In this document: positions 26,914-35,523 of the stretch, piece after piece | Layout of the letters: each line of letters begins with the position of its first letter | How positions within the stretch are numbered: position 1 is the stretch's first letter | NCBI GenBank assembly: GCA_964566895.1 | Contig: CAZMJP010000005.1 | Location: 1 to 35,523, forward strand | Direction of reading: 5' to 3' | DNA length: 35,523 nucleotides | DNA from: an uncultured Gammaproteobacteria bacterium | GTDB taxonomy: Bacteria > Patescibacteriota > Patescibacteriia > UBA2591 > UBA6264 | Translations under genes and position numbers: made by a program | The notes under the pieces: generated by a model | Told to the model about the DNA's origin: nothing | The model's database searches: none | What the model saw: the letters and a program-made list of their open reading frames with translations, nothing else

Positions 26914-27048
26914 TCAAACGGTTAGACATTTTCTGCCTTTAGCTCTTCTTCTTTTTAAGACTTTTTGCCCGGATCTCGTCCGCATTCGTTTTAAAAATCC
27001 GTGAGTTCTAACCCTTTTTCGTTTTTTAGGCTGATAAGTTCTTTTCAT
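26914..27048 (-). CDS. rpmH: 50S ribosomal protein L34 (not in ORF track)
   Basis: Manual translation [44 protein letters not shown]. Confidence 0.98.
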   Translation of the reverse strand: MKRTYQPKKRKRVRTHGFLKRMRTRSGQKVLKRRRAKGRKCLTV

Positions 27049-27079
27049 TTTGACAAGATAACAATTTAATAACAAAAAC

Positions 27080-27088
27080 ATTATACCA
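27080..27088 (-). promoter_or_regulatory. Extended -10 promoter of the rpmH operon
   Basis: TG-G-TATAAT 31 nt upstream of rpmH. Confidence 0.6.
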
Positions 27089-27153
27089 CGAATATCAGAA
27101 TTGCTAAATGGTCCTAAGGTTAAGCTATTGAGCTGTTGTTGGCAGGCGATTCT

Positions 27154-28668
27154 TTACCGGGCGTATTCAATTACTCTATTTTCTCTAATCACCGCTACTT
27201 TTATTTCACCGGGATATTTTATATCTTCCTCTATTTTATCAGCAATGCTCCGGGCTAACTTGTGAGCGGCTAAATCATCAATTTCCTGGGGTCTAACAAA
27301 AACCCGCAACTCCCGACCAGCGGCAATGGCGTAAGCCTTTTCTATACCTTCAAAAGTTTTAGCTAAATTTTCCAGCTCCTCCAACCGTTTTATGTATTCT
27401 TCGTAACTGTCTCTCCTCGCCCCCGGTCTAGACCCGGAAAGGGCGTCGGACACTTTAACAATTATCCCTTCCAGGGTTGGCGGATGATCTTCGTGGTGAG
27501 ACATGGCGGCGGTAATCAAATCTTCGGCCAGTCCAAATTTCTCGCATAAATCTCGGCCGATTTCTGGATGTACCCCCTGAACCTCAAAATCAAGCGCCTT
27601 GCCAATATCATGAAGTAAACCGGCTTTTTTAGCCAAAGCGACATTGGCACCCAATTCAACCGCCAGCATCGCCGACAAATTAGCCACTTCTATAGAATGA
27701 AGCAAAACATTTTGTCCGTAACTGGTGCGAAACTTCAATCGGCCTAAAATCTGAACCAATTTCGGATCAAGCCCGGCAATACCCGTTTGATAAACCGCAT
27801 CTTCACCCGCTTGTTTGATTTCTTTAGCCAATTCTTTTTTGGTCTCCTCAACCATCTGCTCAATACGAGATGGCTGAATGCGACCGTCTAAAATCAATCT
27901 TTCTAAAGCCCGCTTAGCCAATTGTCGCCTGATGGGGTTAAATGCCGAAACAAGAACTACCTCTGGAGTATCATCAATAACGATTTCTACGCCAGTCAAC
28001 TGTTCAATAACCTTAATGTTGCGTCCTTCGCGACCAATAATCCGGCCCTTCATTTCATCTGTGGGTAAAGAAACAGAGGCCGTCGAAACTTCAGCCGCAT
28101 GAGAAGAGGCAGAACGCTCAATTACTAAAGTCATCAAATTTTTCGCTTTTTTCTCAATTTCCTCAGATCCATACTCCTCTAATTTCTTTATTCTCAACAA
28201 AATGTCATCTTTCATCTTCTTTTCCACGTTTTCTAAAAGTACTTTTCTCGCCTCTTCCCTGGTCATCCCGGCGACTTTCTCCAATTCCTGTTTAGCTTCA
28301 TTATAGAGCTGGCGAATTTTTTCTTTCGCTTGTTCTAAACGATCGGCTTGAGAAGCTAAATTTTTCTGGCGCTCCTCTAACTCAAAAATTTTTTTCTCAA
28401 AAAGACTCTGCCTCTTTTCCAGTCTATCTTCTAATTGTTTTAACTCATGACGACGGTCTGTCTCTTCCTTTTTGGCTTTTTCAATTATCTTTAGCGCTTC
28501 TTCCCGGGCTTTGAAAAAAATTTCCTGCTGCCTGACCTTAGCCTTAGTCAAAATATCCTTAACTTTAGCTTCGGCCGACTCGGTCTGATGTTTAGCTACT
28601 TGCTGACGGATTAACCAGCCTACTGAAGCACCGAAAACAACAGCAATAAAGACGAAAATGTAAATCAT
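27154..28668 (-). CDS. rny: Ribonuclease Y
   Basis: N-terminal TM, coiled coil, KH domain KGRIIGREGRNI, HD motif LLHDIGK, SRPGAR. Confidence 0.97.
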   Translation of the reverse strand: MIYIFVFIAVVFGASVGWLIRQQVAKHQTESAEAKVKDILTKAKVRQQEIFFKAREEALKIIEKAKKEETDRRHELKQLEDRLEKRQSLFEKKIFELEERQKNLASQADRLEQAKEKIRQLYNEAKQELEKVAGMTREEARKVLLENVEKKMKDDILLRIKKLEEYGSEEIEKKAKNLMTLVIERSASSHAAEVSTASVSLPTDEMKGRIIGREGRNIKVIEQLTGVEIVIDDTPEVVLVSAFNPIRRQLAKRALERLILDGRIQPSRIEQMVEETKKELAKEIKQAGEDAVYQTGIAGLDPKLVQILGRLKFRTSYGQNVLLHSIEVANLSAMLAVELGANVALAKKAGLLHDIGKALDFEVQGVHPEIGRDLCEKFGLAEDLITAAMSHHEDHPPTLEGIIVKVSDALSGSRPGARRDSYEEYIKRLEELENLAKTFEGIEKAYAIAAGRELRVFVRPQEIDDLAAHKLARSIADKIEEDIKYPGEIKVAVIRENRVIEYAR

Positions 28669-28744
28669 ATTTAGATTTAAAGTTTTAGACCTAAGACTTC
28701 AGTTAACTTTAATCCGTTAACTTATAATCTTAATCTTGTTAATT

Positions 28745-28768
28745 AAAAACCGAGACCTTTGTCTTCGG
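28745..28768 (-). terminator. Probable intrinsic terminator after clpP
   Basis: CCGAAGAC-aaag-GTCTCGG then TTTTT on the minus strand. Confidence 0.55.
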
Positions 28769-28801
28769 CTTTTAAAAAGGAAAAAATTATATTTATTCCA
28801 A

Positions 28802-29380
28802 TTATTTCTTAATAATCTTATCTATAATACCGTATTTTTTGGCTTCTTCGGCGGTCATATAAAAATCGCGGTCTGTATCTTTCTCAATTTTAAGCAATGA
28901 CTGTCCAGTATGTCTAGCTAATATTTTGTTTAGTCCATCCCTGACCTGTAAAATATGCTCAGCCCTAATTTTAATGTCTGAAGCCGGGCCTTCGGCTCCA
29001 CCCATAACCTGATGCAACATTATTTCCGCATTGGGTAAGGCAAAACGTTTTCCCTTCTTTCCAGCCGCCAAAAGCACCGCTCCCATAGAAGCGGCAATGC
29101 CAACACAAATAGTTGTCACGTCTGGCTTAACATATTGCATAGTATCATAGATAGCTAAACCGGCGGTTACTGAGCCGCCCAAAGTATTAATATAAAGCTC
29201 GATATCCTTATTCTTATCTTCGCTTCCTAAAAACAAAAGCTGAGCAATAACCGTATTGGCTACGTCATCGGTAATAGTATCGCCAAGAAAAATAATTCTT
29301 TCCTTTAAAAGCCGAGAATATATATCATAAGCTCGCTCGCCATAAGTAGATTTTTCAATAACTGTCGGAACGAGATACAT
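28802..29380 (-). CDS. clpP: ATP-dependent Clp protease proteolytic subunit
   Basis: [23 protein letters not shown] (Ser), MLHQ (His), DRD (Asp). Confidence 0.98.
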   Translation of the reverse strand: MYLVPTVIEKSTYGERAYDIYSRLLKERIIFLGDTITDDVANTVIAQLLFLGSEDKNKDIELYINTLGGSVTAGLAIYDTMQYVKPDVTTICVGIAASMGAVLLAAGKKGKRFALPNAEIMLHQVMGGAEGPASDIKIRAEHILQVRDGLNKILARHTGQSLLKIEKDTDRDFYMTAEEAKKYGIIDKIIKK

Positions 29381-29411
29381 ATATATTATATAATTGATTA
29401 TTGATGAATTT

Positions 29412-29439
29412 ATTGTAACAGGCGAAATATAAATGTCAA
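29412..29439 (-). promoter_or_regulatory. clpP promoter
   Basis: TTGACA, 16-nt spacer ending TGt, TACAAT. Confidence 0.72.
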
Positions 29440-29518
29440 TCCCGTTGGAAGCCCGCCTCGCTAATTCTTTTTCAAATTATTTATTCATTGGCGCATCATC
29501 TACCCCTCTCTAATGGAT
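29440..29518. repeat. Inverted-repeat element, copy C (degenerate right arm)
   Basis: TCCCGTTGGAAGCCCGC resembles the copy A left end; TCTCTAATGGAT at 29507-29518. Confidence 0.6.
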
Positions 29519-29524
29519 CAACTC

Positions 29525-31144
29525 TTATCTCCGGCAAAGGCAAACTTTAATAAAAGCTTGAAACAGAGGATGAGGAAATAACAAACGCGATTTATACTCG
29601 GGATGAAATTGAGTGCCAATAAAAAAAGGATGATTGCCAATTTCAATTGCTTCAACTAATTTCCTGTCCGGGGAAATTCCGCTAATGATCAGCCCTTTTT
29701 GTTCCATTATTTCTCTATACTTATTGTTAAATTCATAACGATGGCGGTGACGTTCAAAAATTTTATCCTTTTTATAAATCTGGGCAATCCTCGTCCCCTT
29801 TTTTAACTGACAGGGCCAAGCCCCTAATCTAATTGTCCCTCCGTATCTTCCTTCTTCTAAAATATGTTTTTGCTTTGGGATAAGATGAATGACCTGATCT
29901 GGGGAATGGGAATTTATTTCTTGAGAACTTGCTTTCTTCAATCCACAAACATTCCTAGCAAACTCGACAACCATCATCTGCATGCCGTAACAAAGACCCA
30001 GGGTGGGTATTCCAGCTTCTCGGCAATATTGAATCGCCCTAATCATTTGTTCAGCCCCCCGAGACCCCCAGCCTTGAGGAATAATCACCCCGTCTAATTC
30101 TTCCAAATTTTTCGTTCCTTGTCTATCTATTTGATCCGTGCTGATCCAACGGAAAACTGGCTGGCAGCGATTTGTCCAACAGCCATGCTTAACCGCTTCA
30201 ATAACCGAAATATAAGAATCAGACAAAATAAATTCTCCTGTCCTAAAATATTTGCCGACCAAACCAATTTTGACTTTTTTTCTGCTGGTTTTGATTAAAT
30301 TAACTACCTTACTCCACTTTCTAAGATCTCTTTGTTTGGATTTTAGATTGAACTTTTTTAAAATTCTGTTTCCTAACTCATCTTTTTCAAAGTTAATTGG
30401 GATGTCATAGACTGAATCAACGTCAGGAGCAGAAATAACGTCTCTCTCGTCAATGTTGCAAAAAATAGAAATTTTTCTTTTTCTGACTTTATCTAAAGAG
30501 ACCGGAGCTCGAGCCAAAATAAAATCCGGTTGGATACCGGCTGAGTTAAGAACCCGAACCGCGTGCTGAGTGGGCTTAGTTTTCATTTCACCAATCTTAG
30601 CCGGCACGGGTAAATAAGAAAGCATAATAAAAAGAACATTTTCCGGCTCCCTTAAATGCATCATCCGAGCCGCCTCCAAAAAAATAATATTCTGATACTC
30701 GCCAACTGTTCCACCAACTTCAATAATCATTATCTCGGCTTTAGTTTTCTTAACCGCTTTTTTTATTTTCAAAATTACCTCGTTAGGAATATCAGGGACT
30801 ACTTCAACACAACGGCCGCCATATCCTAAATTCCTTTCTCTTTGAATCACTTCCTGATAAACGCTACCCGTCGTCATATAATTTACCTGGTAAATATTTT
30901 CTCCCAAAAAACGTTCATAATTACCAATATCCTGATCTGTCTCCATCCCGTCTTCGGTAACAAAAACTTCTCCGTGTTCCATGGGGTTCATCGTCCCGGC
31001 ATCAACATTGATATAGGGGTCAATTTTCACTGCCGAAACCCGGTAGCCTCTACTTTGCAAAATTTTACCAATTGAAGCCACAGCTATTCCCTTGCCCAAA
31101 CCGGACATCACCCCTCCCATAACAAAAATATATTTAGTTCTCAT
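29525..31144 (-). CDS. pyrG: CTP synthase
   Basis: GGVMSGLGKG, KIDPYINVD.GTM.P.EHGEVFVT, GLCYGMQ, ERHRHRYE, QFHPE. Confidence 0.98.
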   Translation of the reverse strand: MRTKYIFVMGGVMSGLGKGIAVASIGKILQSRGYRVSAVKIDPYINVDAGTMNPMEHGEVFVTEDGMETDQDIGNYERFLGENIYQVNYMTTGSVYQEVIQRERNLGYGGRCVEVVPDIPNEVILKIKKAVKKTKAEIMIIEVGGTVGEYQNIIFLEAARMMHLREPENVLFIMLSYLPVPAKIGEMKTKPTQHAVRVLNSAGIQPDFILARAPVSLDKVRKRKISIFCNIDERDVISAPDVDSVYDIPINFEKDELGNRILKKFNLKSKQRDLRKWSKVVNLIKTSRKKVKIGLVGKYFRTGEFILSDSYISVIEAVKHGCWTNRCQPVFRWISTDQIDRQGTKNLEELDGVIIPQGWGSRGAEQMIRAIQYCREAGIPTLGLCYGMQMMVVEFARNVCGLKKASSQEINSHSPDQVIHLIPKQKHILEEGRYGGTIRLGAWPCQLKKGTRIAQIYKKDKIFERHRHRYEFNNKYREIMEQKGLIISGISPDRKLVEAIEIGNHPFFIGTQFHPEYKSRLLFPHPLFQAFIKVCLCRR

Positions 31145-31183
31145 ACTTGTCTATATTATCGTAATGACGAAATTTCATCTAAC

Positions 31184-31933
31184 CTAATGAGCTAACCATC
31201 CACCATCGACGACCAAAGTATGTCCGGTTATATAATCCGAATCACCCGACGCCAAAAAAACCACCGCCCTTCCTATTTCCTCAGGTCTACCCACCCTTTT
31301 AAGGGGAATATTTGCCAATAAACCTTCCTTTGCTCTCTTATCCCCCAATATACCTTCTGTCATTTTTGTCACAATTATTCCGGGAGCTACAGCATTGACG
31401 TTAATATTATGAGGGGATAATTCTAAAGCAAGTTCTCTGGTCAGATTTATAATCCCCGCCTTAGAAGCGCAATAAGCAGAGATATTCATAAATCCAACCT
31501 CTCCCGCGATAGAAGCTATTGAAACTATCTTACCGCTCTTTTGTTTGACCATCTGTTTCACCACGGCGCTTGTGCAAAAAAATATTCCCTTTAAATTTAT
31601 GTCTAAAATAAAGTCCCAATCTTTTTCCGTCATTTCCACAAACGGCTTCATTAAAACAACGCCGGCGTTGTTGACTAAAATATCTATTCTCCGAAATTTT
31701 TGGATGGTCCTTTTCACCAGGTTATCGACATCTCTTTTTTTAGAGACATCGCATTTCAGGGCGATCGCGGAAGAACCAATTTTTTTTATTTCATCACAAA
31801 CATCTCGGCATTCTTTCAGATCAACATCAGAGATAACCAATTTAGCTCCTTCTTTCGCCAATTCTAAGGCTATGGACTTACCAATACCCCTTTTTGAACC
31901 GGTGACAATGGCAATTTTGTTTTTTAACTTCAT
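31184..31933 (-). CDS. Short-chain dehydrogenase/reductase (FabG-like)
   Basis: TGSKRGIG, LVNNAG, YCASK, VAPG, VDGG. Confidence 0.92.
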   Translation of the reverse strand: MKLKNKIAIVTGSKRGIGKSIALELAKEGAKLVISDVDLKECRDVCDEIKKIGSSAIALKCDVSKKRDVDNLVKRTIQKFRRIDILVNNAGVVLMKPFVEMTEKDWDFILDINLKGIFFCTSAVVKQMVKQKSGKIVSIASIAGEVGFMNISAYCASKAGIINLTRELALELSPHNINVNAVAPGIIVTKMTEGILGDKRAKEGLLANIPLKRVGRPEEIGRAVVFLASGDSDYITGHTLVVDGGWLAH

Positions 31934-32079
31934 TATATTAATAAATTTATAGCCGATTAAATGCCACCTTGCGACAATCCACCAAAATGGATTATTTAAC
32001 CGAGCGGAGATAAAAACTCGACGTCTTGAATTATAACATATTTGGAAAACTTGAGAATGTCTAAAAAACCGCCTTTTTC

Positions 32080-32108
32080 AACCCTCGCCAAAGTCTTTGG
32101 CGAGGGTT
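32080..32108. repeat. Perfect 14-bp-arm palindrome
   Basis: AACCCTCGCCAAAG-t-CTTTGGCGAGGGTT. Confidence 0.85.
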
Positions 32109-32239
32109 AACCCTTTGAAAACGACTGCCTCACTCAGCCAAATATGACAAAAAGGGTTCAATAACGAATAAAGAACTCTTTTCCCTTTGATAAAAAAATT
32201 TTTAAAGCTCCCTTTTCTGGAATTCAAAACCTTGTTTTA

Positions 32240-32479
32240 CTATGGCTGAACAGGAAGAACAACTTCCTCTAAAGGAGGGGCGACCGGCTCTTCCGGAGAA
32301 ACAACTTCCTCTAAAGGAGGGGCGACCGGCAATTCTTCGGGGACAACCACTTCTTCTGGCTCGGCGGGGATCTGTTCCGGCTGCGGTTCTTCAATCATTT
32401 TGGTGGTACAGCCACTGCCGCTTACTAAAAAAAGAGTTAAAACAACGACCAACGCTGAAAACAAAACATTTCTTTTCAT
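32240..32479 (-). CDS. Small putative lipoprotein with Pro/Glu-rich repeats
   Basis: MKR + hydrophobic stretch + SGSGC; PVAPPLEEVV occurs twice. Confidence 0.7.
   Translation of the reverse strand: MKRNVLFSALVVVLTLFLVSGSGCTTKMIEEPQPEQIPAEPEEVVVPEELPVAPPLEEVVSPEEPVAPPLEEVVLPVQP
32258..32330. repeat. In-frame direct repeat, 31 bp identical, 42-bp period
   Basis: AACAACTTCCTCTAAAGGAGGGGCGACCGGC at 32258 and 32300. Confidence 0.9.
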
Positions 32480-32586
32480 AAAATTCCCAAATTAAAATTA
32501 CTCTTAATAAATATATTTTTTGACCTTTACTATAACAACATAATTCTCAATAAATTTTTTGTCAAGCCAAAAATCCTTTTGTTCTT

Positions 32587-32976
32587 CTATTCTTTAATAT
32601 CGCAAAAAGCGTCCAAAACTTTTTTAGCCCGCGCCAAATTTTTCTCTTCAACTAAAACATAATTGGTCTCATAGGTCGAAACATTGAAAACGCTAATTCC
32701 CGCTTCGGCTAAAGGTTTTGTCAAAGAGGCAATAACGCCTATTGAAGCCAGCTCTAAATCGCCCTCTAGTTTAAAAGCTCGCCAGTCTCTTTCTGCGAGC
32801 ACCCCCCCCGGAATTTTTTCTTGAGGCAGGGTTATGGAGAGCTCGTCCATTGTTCTGGTTATTGAAGTGAAATTCGTTTTCTCTAGCGCCCAAGATGGAA
32901 GCGGGCTGTTTTTATTAAAATAACAAATGCCTATTTTCTCGGGCAGAATAATTAGGGTGAACTTTTCAATTTTCAT
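32587..32976 (-). CDS. Stand-alone ACT-domain protein
   Basis: FTSITRTMDELS, WRAFKLEG, GVIASL..PLAEAGISVFNVSTYETNYVLV. Confidence 0.88.
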   Translation of the reverse strand: MKIEKFTLIILPEKIGICYFNKNSPLPSWALEKTNFTSITRTMDELSITLPQEKIPGGVLAERDWRAFKLEGDLELASIGVIASLTKPLAEAGISVFNVSTYETNYVLVEEKNLARAKKVLDAFCDIKE

Positions 32977-33120
32977 AATATAATGATTAAAATAATTTAT
33001 GCTATATTTAATCTCTTCTCCGCTACTAGCAAACGATTAGCTCGCTTGATTTGAAATTTTGGCGGACAACTCAGGATTTGGCTGGACAAAAAATTAATTC
33101 CTAAAAACAGAAAATTTTAA

Positions 33121-34026
33121 TTAAACTTCCATTCCTCTCAGGGCTCTGACGCGTTCTTCGACCGGGGGATGAGTCATAAACAATCTGGTGAACCAACTTT
33201 TGTTTTGTTCCCCTTTAAAAGGAGATGAAATAAAAAGATGGGCGGTGGAATTCGAGGCCGTTCTCATTGGAGTTGAATCAGAAGAAATCTTTTCCAAAGC
33301 TCGAGCCAGTCCTTCAGGGTATCTAGTCAAAAGAGCGCCTGATGTATCGGCTAAAAATTCCCTTTTTCTTGAAATAGCAAGCCTTATCAAGCTGGCTGCT
33401 AAGGGAGCTAAAATTGCCGCTACCAATCCCAAAATTAAGATTAAAGCTCCAACACTGTTTCTTTCCCTTCTCCCGCTTCCTCCTCTTCCTCCCCAAAAAC
33501 TTACTCTTAAAAAAAAGTTGGAGACCATCGCCACAATCCCGGCCAGAACAACAATAACTGTTTGCAAAAGCATATCCTTATTCCCAATGTGAGAGAGTTC
33601 ATGGGCTATTACCCCTTCAATTTCCGCTCTTTCTAACTTGCTTAATAATCCCTGAGTCACGGCAACCGCGGCATGATTTTTATCTCTGCCGGTGGCAAAA
33701 GCGTTCAGTTGGGTTTCCGGTAAAACAAAAATTCTGGGGAGGGGAAGACCGGCGGTAAGACAAAGATTTTCAACGATTCGATAAAGCTCGGGGTTGTCTT
33801 TTTTTTCTATTGGCTGAGCTCTGGTCATTGATAAAACAATTTTATCTGAATACCAGTAGCTTGAAAAGCTCACTAAAATACTGAAAATTATGGCGATGAT
33901 TAAAACCAAAGAACTGTCCAAAATAAAACTTACCAGCCAGCCTAAGACAATAATTAAAATTAAAAAACCGCCAATCAAAAACCAGGTCCTGCGGATATTT
34001 GACTCAGCATGAGTATATAAAGTCAT
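33121..34026 (-). CDS. htpX: Zinc metalloprotease HtpX (M48)
   Basis: NAFATG, VIAHELSH, ISRKREFLAD, LF.THPP. Confidence 0.95.
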   Translation of the reverse strand: MTLYTHAESNIRRTWFLIGGFLILIIVLGWLVSFILDSSLVLIIAIIFSILVSFSSYWYSDKIVLSMTRAQPIEKKDNPELYRIVENLCLTAGLPLPRIFVLPETQLNAFATGRDKNHAAVAVTQGLLSKLERAEIEGVIAHELSHIGNKDMLLQTVIVVLAGIVAMVSNFFLRVSFWGGRGGSGRRERNSVGALILILGLVAAILAPLAASLIRLAISRKREFLADTSGALLTRYPEGLARALEKISSDSTPMRTASNSTAHLFISSPFKGEQNKSWFTRLFMTHPPVEERVRALRGMEV

Positions 34027-34090
34027 CTTAACAATTTAACAAATGTTTTCCTTTAACAACTGAAAATGATTTTGTTCAACCGTCAGGCCA

Positions 34091-34648
34091 TTAAAATCTC
34101 ACTTCCGGCACCTCTCGGACGGCTGATTCTGTAATCTCAAACAACTCCATCTTTTTGAACCTAAAAATTCTAGCGACTATGTTCGAAGGAAAACTCTCGA
34201 TCTTAATACTCAGGTCACGGACATTACCATTGTAAAAGCGCCGAGCGGCCTGAACTTTATCTTCAGTATCGCGGAGTTCTCTTTGAAGCTCCAGAAAATT
34301 TTGGGAGGCTTTCAAATCAGGATAATTTTCCGAAAGGGCAAAAAGAGATTTTAAAGTTCCGGCTAACATATTTTCCGCTTTTGCTTTCTCCTCAATCGTC
34401 TGAGCTCCCATAGCTCTCGCCCTTGCCTGAGTGACCTCTTCCAAAACCCCTTTCTCGTGAGCAACATAACCTTTAACTGTTTCAACTAAATTCGGAATTA
34501 AATTATATCTCCTCTTCAACTGAACATCAATATCAGCCCAGGCCTCTTCTGCCCTGTTTTTTCCTTTGATCAAACCATTGTAAACTGCGATAAACCAAAC
34601 GACGATTACAATAACTGCCGCGATAATTAGATAACAATAATTTGACAT
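34091..34648 (-). CDS. lemA: LemA family protein
   Basis: YN.L, W.DIDVQLKRR..LIPNLVE.VKGY, ENYPDLKA, ARRFYN. Confidence 0.96.
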   Translation of the reverse strand: MSNYCYLIIAAVIVIVVWFIAVYNGLIKGKNRAEEAWADIDVQLKRRYNLIPNLVETVKGYVAHEKGVLEEVTQARARAMGAQTIEEKAKAENMLAGTLKSLFALSENYPDLKASQNFLELQRELRDTEDKVQAARRFYNGNVRDLSIKIESFPSNIVARIFRFKKMELFEITESAVREVPEVRF

Positions 34649-34751
34649 AATTGTTTTGTTTTTAAAAATATTCTCCGACCTTTGTATTATTATATCGTAA
34701 TTCTAATTATTTCTCAACCAGAAAAAGGGAAGATGTTAAACAAAAACTATT

Positions 34752-35279
34752 TTAATCGCAAAAATTGGGCCTTAAAATCTCGTCCGGAAATCCGTATGCC
34801 TGTCGCATTTTATCGCAATCAACACTGCCGTTGCCATCAAAAACCACTTGCCAACCGCTTTCATCTCTAAACGCCAAAACCAAACCCCCTTCTCCTTGTC
34901 CGCCGTCGCGACCAAAAAAAACACTGGCGGTAACGTAATCTCCGCTTTTTCTCATCGTTCCGACACTCACTTCACTGACATCTTTTCCATATTTATCCGC
35001 CAAAATATGCTCTATTTCCTCCTCAACACTCGGATAACACGGAGTTTCCCAGATGCGCAAACATCTTTTTTGCGACTCGCACCACGAATACCCGGCCGAC
35101 GGAATGCAGCCGTGTTCATCGCGGTCATCCCCAACCATATCGTCTTCGGGAATAATATCCGGAGAAATAACAAAAGGGGCATTATTTTGAGTCCTGTCTT
35201 TAAATAAAAACAAAACAAAAATCGACCCTAAAACCAAAACGATTAAAATAACGATCGCAATTTTTACTTTTTTAGACAT
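34752..35279 (-). CDS. Membrane-anchored hypothetical protein with Cys-rich motif
   Basis: N-terminal TM; GDDRDEHGCIPSAGYSWCE..KRCLRIWE; start MSKK preferred over 35312. Confidence 0.8.
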   Translation of the reverse strand: MSKKVKIAIVILIVLVLGSIFVLFLFKDRTQNNAPFVISPDIIPEDDMVGDDRDEHGCIPSAGYSWCESQKRCLRIWETPCYPSVEEEIEHILADKYGKDVSEVSVGTMRKSGDYVTASVFFGRDGGQGEGGLVLAFRDESGWQVVFDGNGSVDCDKMRQAYGFPDEILRPNFCD

Positions 35280-35523
35280 ATTCTTAAAATGAATTTGACT
35301 AAAAACATTCAAACCCTTTGACAGGGTCAGGTCCTGTTAAAATCCTGTCAAAAAAACTGACGACTTCCGGAAGTAGTCAAAATAGATTTTCGCCAGGAAA
35401 TCCGCTTGAATAAACAATTTCCGAGCGCCGTTTTCAGGGGATAACCCCCCTTTAAACACTTAATGCCATTCCGAATCCGCCGGCTGGCAGAGTAGGATGG
35501 CGATGTATTCGAAAATATCCGAA

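Noticed and set aside
32258-32330. CRISPR array
   Set aside because: Only two units with an 11-nt spacer, in frame within a CDS, and no cas genes.

Overview
A housekeeping region of a low-GC bacterial chromosome read with code 11 (TGA is used as a stop). Gene content and style suggest Patescibacteria/CPR (inference from the GAD-less AspRS, FemX, stand-alone 5'-3' exonuclease and scarce Shine-Dalgarno sites). It holds about 36 CDS, including fba, tpiA, recR, dnaB, a P-type ATPase, asnS, aspS, ftsX, holA, rpsT, ruvA, rplU, rpmH-rnpA-yidD-yidC, rny, clpP, pyrG, htpX and lemA, plus four tRNAs (Thr-GGT, Lys-TTT, Asn-GTT, Cys-GCA). The main find lies between asnS and aspS. A promoter drives a 20-aa leader peptide absent from the ORF track (MLERVPQNLNNNNNNRLRRV), followed by mutually exclusive antiterminator and terminator hairpins. 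This looks like an asparagine-sensing ribosomal attenuator, and the first gene downstream is tRNA-Asn itself, whose acceptor stem is extended by an 11-bp leader/trailer helix. Other points of interest: a membrane-anchored Clp ATPase with a DnaJ-type Zn finger and a degenerate first ATPase module downstream of yidC; a family of inverted-repeat elements abutting TTGACA -35 boxes; and a 52-bp dispersed repeat upstream of two genes. No transposase, integrase, CRISPR array or rRNA was seen.
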